From the NCBI GenBank assembly GCA_024626585.2, contig JANKJI020000002.1:45709933-45736257 (forward strand): a stretch of DNA of 26,325 bases, read 5' to 3'. The notes under the pieces were generated by a model that saw only the letters and a program-made list of their open reading frames with translations, made no database searches and had not been told where the DNA came from. How positions within the stretch are numbered: position 1 is the first letter of the stretch; each line of letters starts with the position of its first letter. The position numbers were made by a program, and so were the translations under genes. This document shows, one piece after another, positions 1 to 11,616 of this stretch. This stretch comes from Ginkgo biloba. Lineage: Eukaryota; Plantae; Ginkgophyta.

Positions 1-1829
1 GCATAAGTATATATCTAGAAAGGGTAAAAGTGATCCAGTTTATACCCCCATCGTCCAATAAAAAAATGGTCTAATATTTCTTAAGGAGGATTAATGTCTT
101 TATGAGATTTGTATATTATCTTACCCACATTGTTTTTTACCCATCACTCGAATGTTGAAGAAATATGTCAAATTCAAATGGAATGAAAAGATAAAGAAGC
201 CTTCTAAAAATAAAGGATTCTCTCACAATAGTAATGGTACTTGTAACTCTTGATTTATAAAAGGATTTCATCATTTAGTCACATGCTTCAAAGCAAGTAG
301 TTTCCACTTCCTTGTTATAAAGAGATGATAATGTTTATGAGCATCTCATTGCCTTTATAAGAAGGGTGTTGAAGGATTACAAGATGAGGTACTTAAACAC
401 TTAAAAGAGAGCCTATTTCTTAGTTAATGATGTCAAGGATTTTAGGCCATATATTTTAATGAATCATATTATGGATTATGTGTCATTAACACCAGTCAAG
501 TTGATGTTAAACCAATAGGAGTTGAGTGGGAAGTGGACCAAATGGGTCATAAAGATATAAGATTATGCTCTATATGTCAAGATAGCCAAAATTTTTAGAG
601 GCTAGGGGATGTGCAAATTATCATTTGATTCTCTCAGAGATAAGTCCTTGAATGAGGAGGTGAGTGTGAAAAATGCTAAGACTAATGAGTTTCTATCAAA
701 TACTAAGTCAAAGTATCTAGAGATGATATTCTATTTGCATAATAGAGTGTGTCCCAAAGACTTATCAAGAAAGAAAAAGAGGACTCTAAAGATAAGATCC
801 ACCAATTTTATCCTTGTTGATGAGATAATTTTTAGGAGAAGATATAATGACCTATTGTTGTGATGTCTCTAAGAAGATTAGGTTTAATAAACTTTGGACG
901 AATTTCATTTAAGAGTTTGTGGAGAGCATTATGATTCTCATACCACTACTTATAGAATTCTTCAGGAAGGATACTATTGACATAGTTTATTCTAAGATGA
1001 CTTAGATATGGTCTATACATGTATACCATGCCATAAGTTTTCAGGAAAATAAAAGTTGGTATCCGTGCCTTTGTATCCCATCATAGTTGATGAGCCATTT
1101 ACTCAATAGGATCTATATTTTGTCAGTCCCATCAATCCACCTTAAAGTAAAGGGAATATTTATATTTTAATGTCTACTTACTATTTCACCAAATAGGCTA
1201 ATGAAATTCCCCTCAAGAAGGCATCCTCTAATCAATTCATTCAACTCTTAGAGCATAATATTCTATTATATTTTGGGGTTCCTAGCCAAATTGTGTCAAA
1301 TAATGGAATCGCATTTAGATCATATGAGATGATTAAATTTTGTATAACTTATAAGATATTATTGGATCCATCCTATAGCTATTATACCTAGGTTAATAGT
1401 TTAGTAGAATCAATGAAGAAAATTCTTATCAAAATTCTCAAGAGGATGGTAAAATATAATTAGTAAGATTGGAACACCAAGCTATGCTTAGCTCTATAGA
1501 AATTCTAAATCACACCAAATTTTGGTCTTGGGTGTTCCCTATATGCTATTGTATATGGGAAGGGAGTTGTTTTGTTCATCAATATCTAAATTTTAGCATT
1601 CAAATTGGTTGTCCAAGAAAATGATAAAAGTTCCACTAATGATCTAATTGAATGGAGCTTATTCAACCTCTTGTAATTAGAGTATAAGAGATAATTTGTA
1701 GTCTTACTCTCCTACAAACATCAAGAAAATATTAAGTGAAGTTTTGATAAGAATGCATCAAGAAAGGAATTCCATAAATGTGATTGAGTATTGATGTGTA
1801 ATAAAGTGAAAGACAAACCCCGTGTTCAT
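1..1829 (+). mobile_element. Degenerate Ty3/gypsy LTR retrotransposon pol (RT C-terminus, RNase H, integrase)
   Basis: Manual translation across stops and frameshifts. RT end: ERVKVIQFIPP..FLRRINVFMRF..PITRMLKKYVKFKWNE (1-190). RNase H: KDFII..HASK..EHLIAF..KDFRPYIL..GKWTKW (240-600). Integrase Zn finger: EFH..VCGEHY..GYY*..CIPC (900-1035). Integrase core: EPFTQ*DLYFVSPINP, YFTK*, FGVPSQIVSNNG, YYT*VNSLVES, SPYAIVYGK (1090-1560). The RT-RH-IN order is gypsy-type. Confidence 0.93.
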
Positions 1830-1929
1830 NNNNNNNNNNNNNNNNNNNNNNNNNNNNNNNNNNNNNNNNNNNNNNNNNNNNNNNNNNNNNNNNNNNNNNN
1901 NNNNNNNNNNNNNNNNNNNNNNNNNNNNN

Positions 1930-2260
1930 TCACCCATTTTTCTATATCAACAAACATTTCTGGCCACCATAGTTCTGTTAGCAAGAGTTTTTGGCAAGTT
2001 GCATCCATAATAACATGGCCTCCTACTGAGCCTTCATGGGATTGTTGAATAACAATAGTGACTTCATGTCGAAAAATACATATTCACAACACTCCATCTG
2101 GTCCAAGTTTATATAAACCTCCTGAAATTAGTTGGTCTCAGCCCCAAACTTCTTCGCTGTTCCTTTTCCATCCCTTTAGGACATTGGCTTGAGGACAGAT
2201 AGGCCTATCTTCGTGTACCGGTCTGGAATAATGGAGACTGCAAATTATGTGGCATTTGGG
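1930..2260 (-). mobile_element. Ty3/gypsy integrase N-terminal (HHCC zinc finger) fragment from a second element
   Basis: Minus strand reads LYKLGPDGVL*ICIFRHEVTIVIQQSHEGSVGGHVIMDATCQKLLLTELWWPEMFVDIEKWV up to the gap, matching the integrase H-x-GGH..WWP..D motif. It is less decayed than, and opposite in orientation to, the 1-1829 element. Confidence 0.88.
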
Positions 2261-2269
2261 AAATCATCA

Positions 2270-2830
2270 TTGATTCCCTTAGCTTCTTCTCTTATTCTAT
2301 TGTAGATAGTTGATCTAGAACTATGTGCTCTTTGCTTGGTTTCACCATTATACCTAGAATGAAAGTTCTTGGAAAAATACCTTCTAGGTAATAGGCTCTC
2401 TCCCAAATGATGTTGAGAAGGTATTCACCTATTCTATCAATTAAATTTCTTAGATTTCATATATTGGTGATCATAAACTTATCCAAATGAAAAGGAGAAA
2501 GATGAAAAGAATTCTTCTTCTCAATGTGCATCAATTTCAAATGAAAAAATGACATCTATTGTTTAATTGTATGCAACATAACCCATTCCTTTATAAGGTT
2601 GTCCTTCAAACACATACATATGAACATATGTATTATCCATATTAATAAACTAATCACCAACTCATTTAACATCCCTTATTGTAGTGAAAAGTACCCTCTA
2701 CATTTCTTGGTTCTCAAGGTGAGAAAATACCATGGTGACAAATTTATTATTTATAATGAAAAAATATATTTTATAATTCACCTTCCAAATTTTAGGATAC
2801 CAATGAGTAAATGATAACTCTTTCTCCTAT
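2270..2830 (-). mobile_element. Decayed retrotransposon-associated extra ORF (tentative)
   Basis: Minus strand gives protein-like remnants with stops, e.g. WYPKIWK..VGD*FINMDNTYVHMYVFEGQPYK. These are reminiscent of accessory ORFs in large non-chromovirus gypsy elements; the recognition is from memory only. Confidence 0.35.
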
Positions 2831-4051
2831 TTATTTTGATTGTTGGGATGCAAAACCAGAAAACTTTGAGTAGATAAAATTTCATATACTAAGTAAGATG
2901 TCATGTAGAAGTGATAATATTGGGAAAATTCCATGAGTTACTGAGAAATATTATCACTGATTATGTTATCCCAATTATAGGTTGATCCATCCTTTGTAAT
3001 ATCATGCATTATCAAAAACATTTAATAATACACCTTACCTATATTTCTTACACTGAAGACCCTATTGATCATAGCTATGATGGCTTCAAATTTCCTCTAC
3101 AACTTCTTATCATTATATGTCCTCTATCGTATAGTTTTTTATACCTCCATTTCTATCCAATAATTCACCATCTTAAGAAGATATTGGGGTCTCTAATAAG
3201 ACATTTCTTCTATTTTAAGAGAAAATTATTCTAGGAGAGGATGAAGATGAAGTATTTCCACGAATACATCTAGGGTTAAAGCACACAATACTTGGTTGGT
3301 ATCTGAAACTATGGTTTTGTATTGAGGGTTAAACCTCTAAGAACACCATTCAACTAGAAAATAACATGGCATGACCTTAGGTATAGTATATATTTGAATC
3401 AATAAAGATTTCTAGAGAACCGTACTCCCTCTCATTACTTCTCCCATATGAATAAATCTCTCATATATATCTCAAAAGTTGGCCTGATAGGTATCCACAG
3501 TATCCACAATCTCTATTATCAATAAATTTGTTAGTGGTTTTAGTCCTCTCAGGTCTCTCCTTGCCATTTTATTTGAATATTATATAGAAATTAATTATTC
3601 CAAGAATATAGTAGATTAAGATTCAACAACAGTTAACTAGAGGGACTTAGTGTTATTGTATATATAATAATCCTTTATTAACTAATTATCTTGATCACAA
3701 ATAATTTGCAAATGAAATATTCACTATTTATGACACACCCCTAGGGTAGTATATTTAAATCATTCTTCATAAATATAGGGAAGGAGATACAATAAACTCC
3801 TGGCTATCCCATTTATAGGAAAAGAATGGTGTATAATTTTGACACTAAATGTATATACCATTATTCTAATTCATGACATGTAAAGAATGAGTGCATTAAT
3901 TGGTCCATATTTAAACTAAGTTATCAATCATAAAATATGATGAGAGGTTGTGATGGTGAAATGTGTACTCATAACTAAGGTCTTTGGAACCATTTTTAGA
4001 AAAAACTCCATGTTTATCTATTGATATTTGTTATAAAATTTCACAATACTG

Positions 4052-4630
4052 AACTCCCAAACCCCAAACATCTTTAAGTTATTCCCAATATTAAATCTTA
4101 ATTAACTAATATCCATTCTCAATTTGGGTTTGTGCAACCACAAACACAAGACCTAATTCATTTGATACTTTGGGTCATACCAAAATCCTAAACCCTAATG
4201 GTGAAGTTGCAATTGAAGTACCAATTAACTACCCTTTATTCCTTAGCTCTGGTACATAAGGGTATGAGCATATAATTTAGTTTAATTATTTATCTAAATA
4301 TACCCAAACTCCTAAATTATTGAACTTTGTTGGATGAAAATATTCATTCAACTTACTTTCCTATTTTTCTTTTGGATTCATGCTAATTAAATGGGGTAAT
4401 ACCATTTATAATTTTTTGGGTTAAATTTTTTCAGTTTTTATGAGGCAAATGCCACATTCTTATCTCTACTCACTCGATTACAATCTCCACAAACTCCAAA
4501 ACCCCAAAAATTATTTAAGTAATGTTGGGCATACATGTATTATTATTATAAATACATATTTTACTTAGGTCTACAGTCTTTACAAACACAAACCATCTCA
4601 ACTTTATCATAAAATCCCTAAACCTAAAAC
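4052..4630. repeat. Imperfect direct repeat, unit about 140 bp, spacing about 440 bp
   Basis: Collinear matching blocks at about 4052-4200 and 4492-4630: aactcccaaaccccaaaca..tttaagt / aactccaaaaccccaaaaa..tttaagt; caaacacaagacc / caaacacaaacc; aaaatcctaaacccta / aaaatccctaaaccta. Confidence 0.5.
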
Positions 4631-6659
4631 TTTCCAATTTAAACACTTTACCTTCTAAGTGTGGGGATGTATTTAAAAACTAATACCTAGTATCCACCAT
4701 TTTCTAGGCCTTTTATACCATAAGCCTTTAAGCTTCAAAGTTTCTCTGATTGTCAACATTTATTATAAGTTTTCCTTCTTCTTCCTCTATGCTTATAAAA
4801 CTCATCCAACCTTTGATTTGGACTTTANNNNNNNNNNNNNNNNNNNNNNNNNNNNNNNNNNNNNNNNNNNNNNNNNNNNNNNNNNNNNNNNNNNNNNNNN
4901 NNNNNNNNNNNNNNNNNNNNNNNNNNNATCTTATCTGGATTGTCTTCATCTTTGCCTCTATCTACTACTTTACCTTAAGAAATCTATGATGTAGAGGACT
5001 CAGGTATAATTGAGATCTTCTTAGTACTTTAGTACATTCCATATTTCCACCCTCATTCAAAGATCATAATGGGAATCCACCTCTATGTCATTTGACTCCA
5101 TATGTTATTGGGTCTTTTAGGCTTGATCCCTCATCCTTTGAATATTCTTATTTGTCAAAAACACTACTACTTTAGGTGGATTCTAATAGATATGAGATAC
5201 GCTTAGGATCCACACTACCTCTTCTCTTATGCACTACCCAATTATAATTTATAGCATTTTTGATGTTGTATTTTAGATCATGTGAATGAAAATAAGACAT
5301 TCTATAATGTCCTATGTGATAAGAAAAATCTTCTTCTAGGTCTTAAGACCTATGATTCACCACATCTAACTAAAAGGACCTTATCTTATTAGTGAAAAAT
5401 TTAAGGTGTACCATATTTAGGATAGTTAGATCACCTAACTATAGAGGAAAGGTATGAAAGGAATCCTTATTTTCTCTATGCACCAATCTCTAGTGAATTA
5501 AATGGACTTGCCTACAGATATCATATAATATAGTCCAATAATTTATAGATTTAGGGTGTCAATAAGGATGCTCTTAGAATCCATGTAGGAAGATGTATGA
5601 GAATTCCTTCTCCATATACTAGTCAACGATGCCTTTTAGGGAATTCCTTGCAATAAAAGTTACTCTTTACAAGTTCTAATTTTTTAAAAGAGAAAACATT
5701 CTAAAAATAAATGTGTCATTGAATAAGAAAAAATACATATCTTAATTCTGCCTCCAAATCTTAAGATACTAGTAAGTAACTAGTAAGCCCCTTTGATCCT
5801 TATTGTGAGTGTTATAAGGGAATCCAAGAAAATTCAAGGCNNNNNNNNNNATTAAATATGAAGACATATAAAAATAATAAGATGGAGGCAGCTCCAGAAG
5901 ATACTATAAAATCTTCCTACTAATTATGTGATCCTAATGAAAGGTAAGTCCTTTTATTAAAATGTTATCAATAATTAGAACCATGTAATGATACATTTTT
6001 CTAGTATCATTTTTGCAAAAAAATGTACTTAGAAAAGATACAATGATCTTATAATAACTCTTTTGTAATTTACTAGTATTATATANNNNNNNNNNNNNNN
6101 NNNNNNNNNNNNNNNNNNNNNNNNNNNNNNNNNNNNNNNNNNNNNNNNNNNNNNNNNNNNNNNNNNNNNNNNNNNNNNNNNNNNNNNNNNNNNNNNNNNN
6201 NNNNNNNNNNNNNNNNNNNNNNNNNNNNNNNNNNNNNNNNNNNNNNNNNNNNNNNNNNNNNNNNNNNNNNNNNNNNNNNNNNNNNNNNNNNNNNNNNNNN
6301 NNNNNNNNNNNNNNNNNNNNNNNNNNNNNNNNNNNNNNNNNNNNNNNNNNNNNNNNNNNNNNNNNNNNNNNNNNNNNNNNNNNNNNNNNNNNNNNNNNNN
6401 NNNNNNNNNNNNNNNNNNNNNNNNNNNNNNNNNNNNNNNNNNNNNNNNNNNNNNNNNNNNNNNNNGTATTTATGATTTTAATTATTATAATAGTGAGGAA
6501 TTCTAAACTTATTGTGGCTTCTCTTGGTCTAAAACACTAAGTAGGATCTTAATTTACTACTATCCTAAAACATAATGGGTGTTAAGGAAATTCTCAAAAA
6601 GGACTCTAAGATGTTTCACTAAGGAATTTATGTGGTGCCTATTATTATATTATAATTAT

Positions 6660-6900
6660 AACAAATTAATTTTAAGTGGACTATTCAAAGTAATTATGAA
6701 GAATGCATCCATTAAAGTCATGGTTGGTCTTATCTTAAGGTTTTGTCTTTATAAGAACTAATATGCAAATGAGAACACTCTTCATTCCATAAAGAGCCTT
6801 TGATAAATTTCATTTAAGCTGATTCCATAAATATAGACATGGATTGGTATATAAATGCCACATCTTTCTAAAGGTGTGGCACTAACTTAGGCATTAATTT
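6660..6900 (-). mobile_element. Possible hAT transposase C-terminal dimerisation remnant
   Basis: Joining minus-strand frames gives E*RVFS..LIKTK..RPTMTLMDAFFIITLNSP, resembling the hAT consensus ER.FS....IKTK.RNRL....LDA...I..N.P. Frameshifts are required. Confidence 0.25.
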
Positions 6901-8378
6901 AGCATCATGTAACTCTTAATTGTGGTAAGAAGAGAGACGAGAGTATTGACTTTTTATTTTAAAATTTTCCATTAATGACCTATGGTGATGTTAAATATGA
7001 TGTTGCCACATTGTTAGAAGGATACCATATTCTAAACTACTTTGTTAGAAAGTCCTAACCCTCTTTATCACCATCTTAGTGCTCTTTTAAGTTAGGATTC
7101 CTTTTAACTTAAAACTTTGAACATTAGGACTTAGTCACTTTTGATGAAAGTGTTCATACTTGTGAGAGATTGGGGTAATTTTAAGCTTTAACCAATTTTA
7201 TACCATTTTCAATGACCATTCTCCAATATAAAGGGTCTATTCATTGTTTGGGGATTCTATTATTTAGAAATCTTCAAAATGCTTGCTTGGGCCATTTGTT
7301 ATTAACCACAAATGTTCCAAAACTTATAAACTCTAAACTCCAATGCTTAACGAACTTATCACCAACTTTATCAACTTTGATTTATTTCTTCTTCAGATCT
7401 ACGGGACTCATAATGGAATGACTCTCCCTAACATTTTGGACTTAAGACTTATTCGATATTTTTTAAATGTGGATGCTAGGTGTTCGTCTTTGCTTACTCA
7501 AAACATTTTGAACCTCTAAAATCCAAACAAAAAATTCTTCTAAGTAAATAAAGTATTCAATGAACCGTGTTTCTCTTTGACCCTCCTTTCCTNNNNNNNN
7601 NNNNNNNNNNNNNNNNNNNNNNNNNNNNNNNNNNNNNNNNNNNNNNNNNNNNNNNNNNNNNNNNNNNNNNNNNNNNNNNNNNNNNNNNNNNNTAAGAGCC
7701 ACCCAAAAATAATTTAGCATTTAATAAAAAAAGTGTTGTGATCTCTAAGCACCTACAAGCGCACCATGTATCAAGTCGTCATGACATCCCTCACCATAGC
7801 AACCCAAATGACTTGGGAATTTTTTAGTGAAAAAGTGTTGTAATCCCTAAAGCTCATAAAATAAAGACACATGGTGCCTTCTCATTATCTCTCCACTCAT
7901 CAAAATGGAGGTGGACCTTTTAATGTCATGCATGTTTTGGTGGCATGCAACATGGCCCTTATGGCCCTAGTCTTCATAGTATTTCAAAAATACTCACAAA
8001 TGATTAAAAGGAGACATACCTTCTAGTAATGCTCACATGTGCTTCCTAATACGGATTAAGAAATTAGTCTCATGATTTGGTTCGAGGGCTTATTGGTAAA
8101 TTATCCATGAGTAATAGGCTATATGGCCTTGCCTTAGAGATTTTTATTTATGTGATGGTTCAAGTAAATCTTTGAGCTAAGGCGAGTTAAGCTTGAATTT
8201 TACATAAGCTTTGAGATTTCTTCATCTAATATTATAATCTTTGAATTCCATTCAAATTTATAATCTCTAATCATTTTTCTAGATACATATGTACATCATG
8301 CATATGATCAAGTTCGAATTAATTGCTATTTGTTAGAATTACCCCTAAAACGATTCTAATCGATCTGCCTTAGCCTGA

Positions 8379-8730
8379 ATGATGGAGCGTGAAATAGATG
8401 AAGAAAGAAGAAAGGCAGGAGGAGAAGAACTGAAAACGCAAGAAGAGCAATCAAAAGCGTCCTCACAGCTGTCTTCAGCCGCTGATAACCATATGGAGGA
8501 CGAAGCATTCGTCGCTTTCAAAGATGTCGTGGATGTGAGTTTCAGACTGTCATTGAGTGCTTGTTTTGATTAATGGTGCTATGCGATTCAGAGCTGAAAA
8601 CATAATTTTCCTCTTAAATCCTTTGTCGTGACAATTTTAGAAGACAAATACGAGGAAATTTTAACATATCATTATGTTAATTGGTCAGATTCTCGAACTG
8701 CACGGAGTGGATGCATCCAGAGTCTCCAAG
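8379..8730 (+). CDS. 5' part (exons 1-2) of a paralog of the 11594-12975 unknown gene; truncated by an assembly gap, possibly a pseudogene
   Basis: Exon 1 is 8379-8534 (MMEREIDEE...EAFVAFKDVVD) followed by a GTGAGT donor. The intron 8535-8688 ends attatgttaattggtcAG. Exon 2 is 8689-8730 (42 nt, ILELHGVDASRVSK) followed by G then Ns. Exon length, phase and the IL.LHGV motif match the downstream gene. Confidence 0.75.
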
Positions 8731-8831
8731 GNNNNNNNNNNNNNNNNNNNNNNNNNNNNNNNNNNNNNNNNNNNNNNNNNNNNNNNNNNNNNNNNNNNNN
8801 NNNNNNNNNNNNNNNNNNNNNNNNNNNNNNN

Positions 8832-9580
8832 AATGTTCTCATTAGATTCATAATGTTGTTATGATCAAAGATTATCCTCTAATGGCCAAAAGTGGGCCAC
8901 AAACACCAGTGCCAACTTCGGTGAGCGAATCATCTAAGAAGAAAAGTAAAAGTGGGCCCAAAGCTCCCGCTGACTCCTCGGTAGAAGAGGGATGGCAAGG
9001 TGTAAAATCTAATGACAAAGCCTCCTTGAGCAAAGCTAATATGCCTACAAGTCAACCTGCATAAAATAATGACCTAGTGAGGAATGCGTCTCCTAAGGAA
9101 CAATTGTCCAAGGCTCAAGCGACCCTTGAGGATGACCCTCTTACAAAAAATACTTCTATTCGAAGAAGTGTATCTCAAAACCCTAGGGTGAAAATAGGGT
9201 TTGCTATCGTTCCCCTCTGCCACTCTTGGAGTCCTAGACAATGTTACTCTCATAAGTAGTCAAAGGTGCTAGTGTAGGAAAAAGCTTAGACCAATATTAT
9301 ACCATGTATAAGAAGATGAAAGAGACTGTAGAAGCTTTGAAAAGTCCATATAAGGTGTTAGACAACCTGGGGGAAGATGAGTAGGGAACCATGGACTGTG
9401 GATTTTCTTCACTGTCTTAATGATTAAGTGCATTAGTTGGAATGTGTGTGGGCTCTCTGACCCATGCAAAAAAAACTCAGTAAAGAGATTAAGTTTTGAA
9501 AACAAGGATGTTTTAGTGCTTTGGTTGCAGGAAGTTAAGGTTGAAGGGTTCAAACTTTGTGCCACCCTCAATTCCATTTA
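8832..9580 (+). mobile_element. L1-type LINE remnant: ORF1 C-terminal low-complexity region and ORF2 endonuclease N-terminus
   Basis: The ORF at 9420 reads MIKCISWNVCGLSDPCKKNSVKRL...LVLWLQEVK, matching the APE-endonuclease start SWNVRGL...LQETK. Upstream broken S/K/P-rich frames (8861-9259) are typical of plant L1 ORF1 ends. Similarity stops at about 9580. Confidence 0.85.
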
Positions 9581-10251
9581 TTGGGAGAGATGTATAAAGA
9601 ACTATTAGTTGAATATAAGGAAAATAAATCATGGTTTAACAAATCCACTTGTTCAATTATGATTTTAGTGAATATCAATTTGACATGGTTATTTATAAAG
9701 ATATCATATCTCTAATAGAATCATTCAATCAATTCAAAGGGTATATAGTTTCATTCATCATAGCATAAAAGAGGCATCATATTATAATCTTCCCTTACAA
9801 ATGAGAGTAACACAATTAATTGGTAAAGTTCCTCTTGGTATAATGGTGGAAACTAAGGTAATTCATCTAAGAAAATTAGATTTATATCTATTCAACCACT
9901 ATGGACTAAAGAGAACTTATAAGTAAACACATTACCATGTTCTCTAGGATGAGAATTCATTTACTTTTGATGAGCTGCAAACATTGATTAACAAATTGTG
10001 TTATATATTTATAAAAGGCAGAAAACTAATATTATTCATTCCTCCAATATACTATATAGATATTGTAACCTATCAAGGATGACACTACATAGAACTATTA
10101 TTGTTATGTGTATCATCAAAGTCTACATCATGTTCTTTCTCAAGTTCATCTTGTTTAAGTTTCCTTGATTTCATAAGATTGTTTAAGTATCCCTTCTCAA
10201 TTATTAGAATTGCATGGAATAAAAGAAACCATTCCATCATTTATAGTTTGA
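9581..10251 (+). pseudogene. AGO2: Argonaute PIWI-domain C-terminal pseudogene fragment, AGO2/3-like
   Basis: Three frames joined. From 9581: LGEMYKELLVEY. 9652-9795: FNYDFSEYQFDMVIYKD..VSFIIA*KRHHIIIFP. 9822-10094: GKVPLGIMVETKVIHLRKLDLYLFNHYGLKRTYK*THYHVL*DENSFTFDELQTLINKLCYIFIKGRKLILFIPPIYYIDIVTYQG*HYIE. An in-frame Ser-rich tail (SSKSTSCSFSSSS) follows, then a frameshifted LELHG...FIV* end. These match the PIWI motifs FRDGVS..QF, QKRHH, VPPGTVVD, P.HYHVLWDEN and PPVYYA(H/D). QFDMV and the terminal D are AGO2/3 hallmarks. Confidence 0.9.
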
Positions 10252-11526
10252 CCCACTATTCTACTTATTCTTCCATCTTTAAAGCTTATCAATTATAAAA
10301 ATGTATCATTCAAAATTTAGACAATAGTCTATTTTTCATGATTAGGTTGGATAAACACTTTTTGAAGCTTCTAAGGATGAACTAATCAAGAACTATAGAA
10401 TAGATATTTTCCATAACACTATACGTTTTTTCATAAAATTACAAGAAATGAGGTCTATCTCCTCAAATTAAATAGAACTAATTTGACATATATTATAGAA
10501 AAAGTTACTTCTTACAATATATCTAGATGAAGGAAATTATGACATCAAGAGTCATGCTTACGATCAAAAGTTATCTACAATTATACACTAAAATTATGTC
10601 TTTGGCCCAAGATTGAGTGGGATTGACTTTCTAAACCTATTGCATTTTTTCGCACAAGACTTAAGCCTTAGGTTTACTAGTGTTAAAGCATGTAATCTAG
10701 TGCAATGTGATGCTTTTTAAAGGTAGTTCCCACTTTAGTGTTGGAATGTGACATATTTGTATAATAGGCCCCAATTTGACAGACATTGAAATTTCAATTA
10801 TGCCTCTTTCCAATACTATGGAAGGTGGGCCTGCATAAAAAGATGTTTTATCCCTCCATGGTATAATTTGTAAGAAAAACCTTTCATTCGAGAGAATATG
10901 ATTGCCACACATTAGCACATTACAAACATTGCATGCAACAAATTATTATTTTCTACGTACAACGACTACTACATTAGCTCTTAAAACTTATTAATGGAGA
11001 ATGGAAATGCTCCCTAGAGAAGAGTACCTATGAAGCCAAAAACACCATATAATAGTAATAGCACCTTCCTATCTATCATGGGATGTGTTAATTAGAACTC
11101 CAATGGCCTTAGCCAAGCTTGAATGAGTAAAGAAGGTTTGATACTACGGGCACATGGGCACATTCACCTATGCTTGATTTCTTAGATCCTTAATTAGGAG
11201 AATTGAAATTGTTATTTTATTTAAACAATCATTTTTATTTTTTATTTTTTAATCATTTACAATTCAATGGGCATACTATAATTGTTTAATGCATGTGAAA
11301 TAAATCTTTCTCTAATTTCATACATACAATATATTTTCCATTCCATTAAAGAATTTGAATAGTTACCGTGAGAAGCAGGCACGAGTCTACTTGCGCTCGG
11401 GCACACTTCTTGTTTTTCGCCATGCAATGAATAGATGAAAGAAACAAACAGTGCATGACATAACCCGGAAGAAATTTCAGATGATAGACCAACCAAGAAA
11501 GCGAGCTGGAGATGAAAGAGATCATT

Positions 11527-11616
11527 CAATAGCAATTGGAGGTCGAAAATAGAAGAAGACAGATAGTCTTCCAATAGGAATTGGAGGCCGAAAATGGAAG
11601 AAGACAGACTGTCTTC
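11527..11616 (+). repeat. 45-bp tandem duplication spanning the start codon
   Basis: caatagcaattggaggtcgaaaatagaagaagacagatagtcttc (11527-11571) versus caataggaattggaggccgaaaatggaagaagacagactgtcttc (11572-11616). Confidence 0.92.

Noticed and set aside
7140-7440. Minus-strand VKHW peptide as a possible further Argonaute (MID) fragment
   Set aside because: Only a 4-residue match, on the opposite strand to the PIWI fragment, with no supporting motifs.
10300-11200. Possible decayed coding or TE sequence (KPIAFF peptide)
   Set aside because: An isolated motif with no collinear support.
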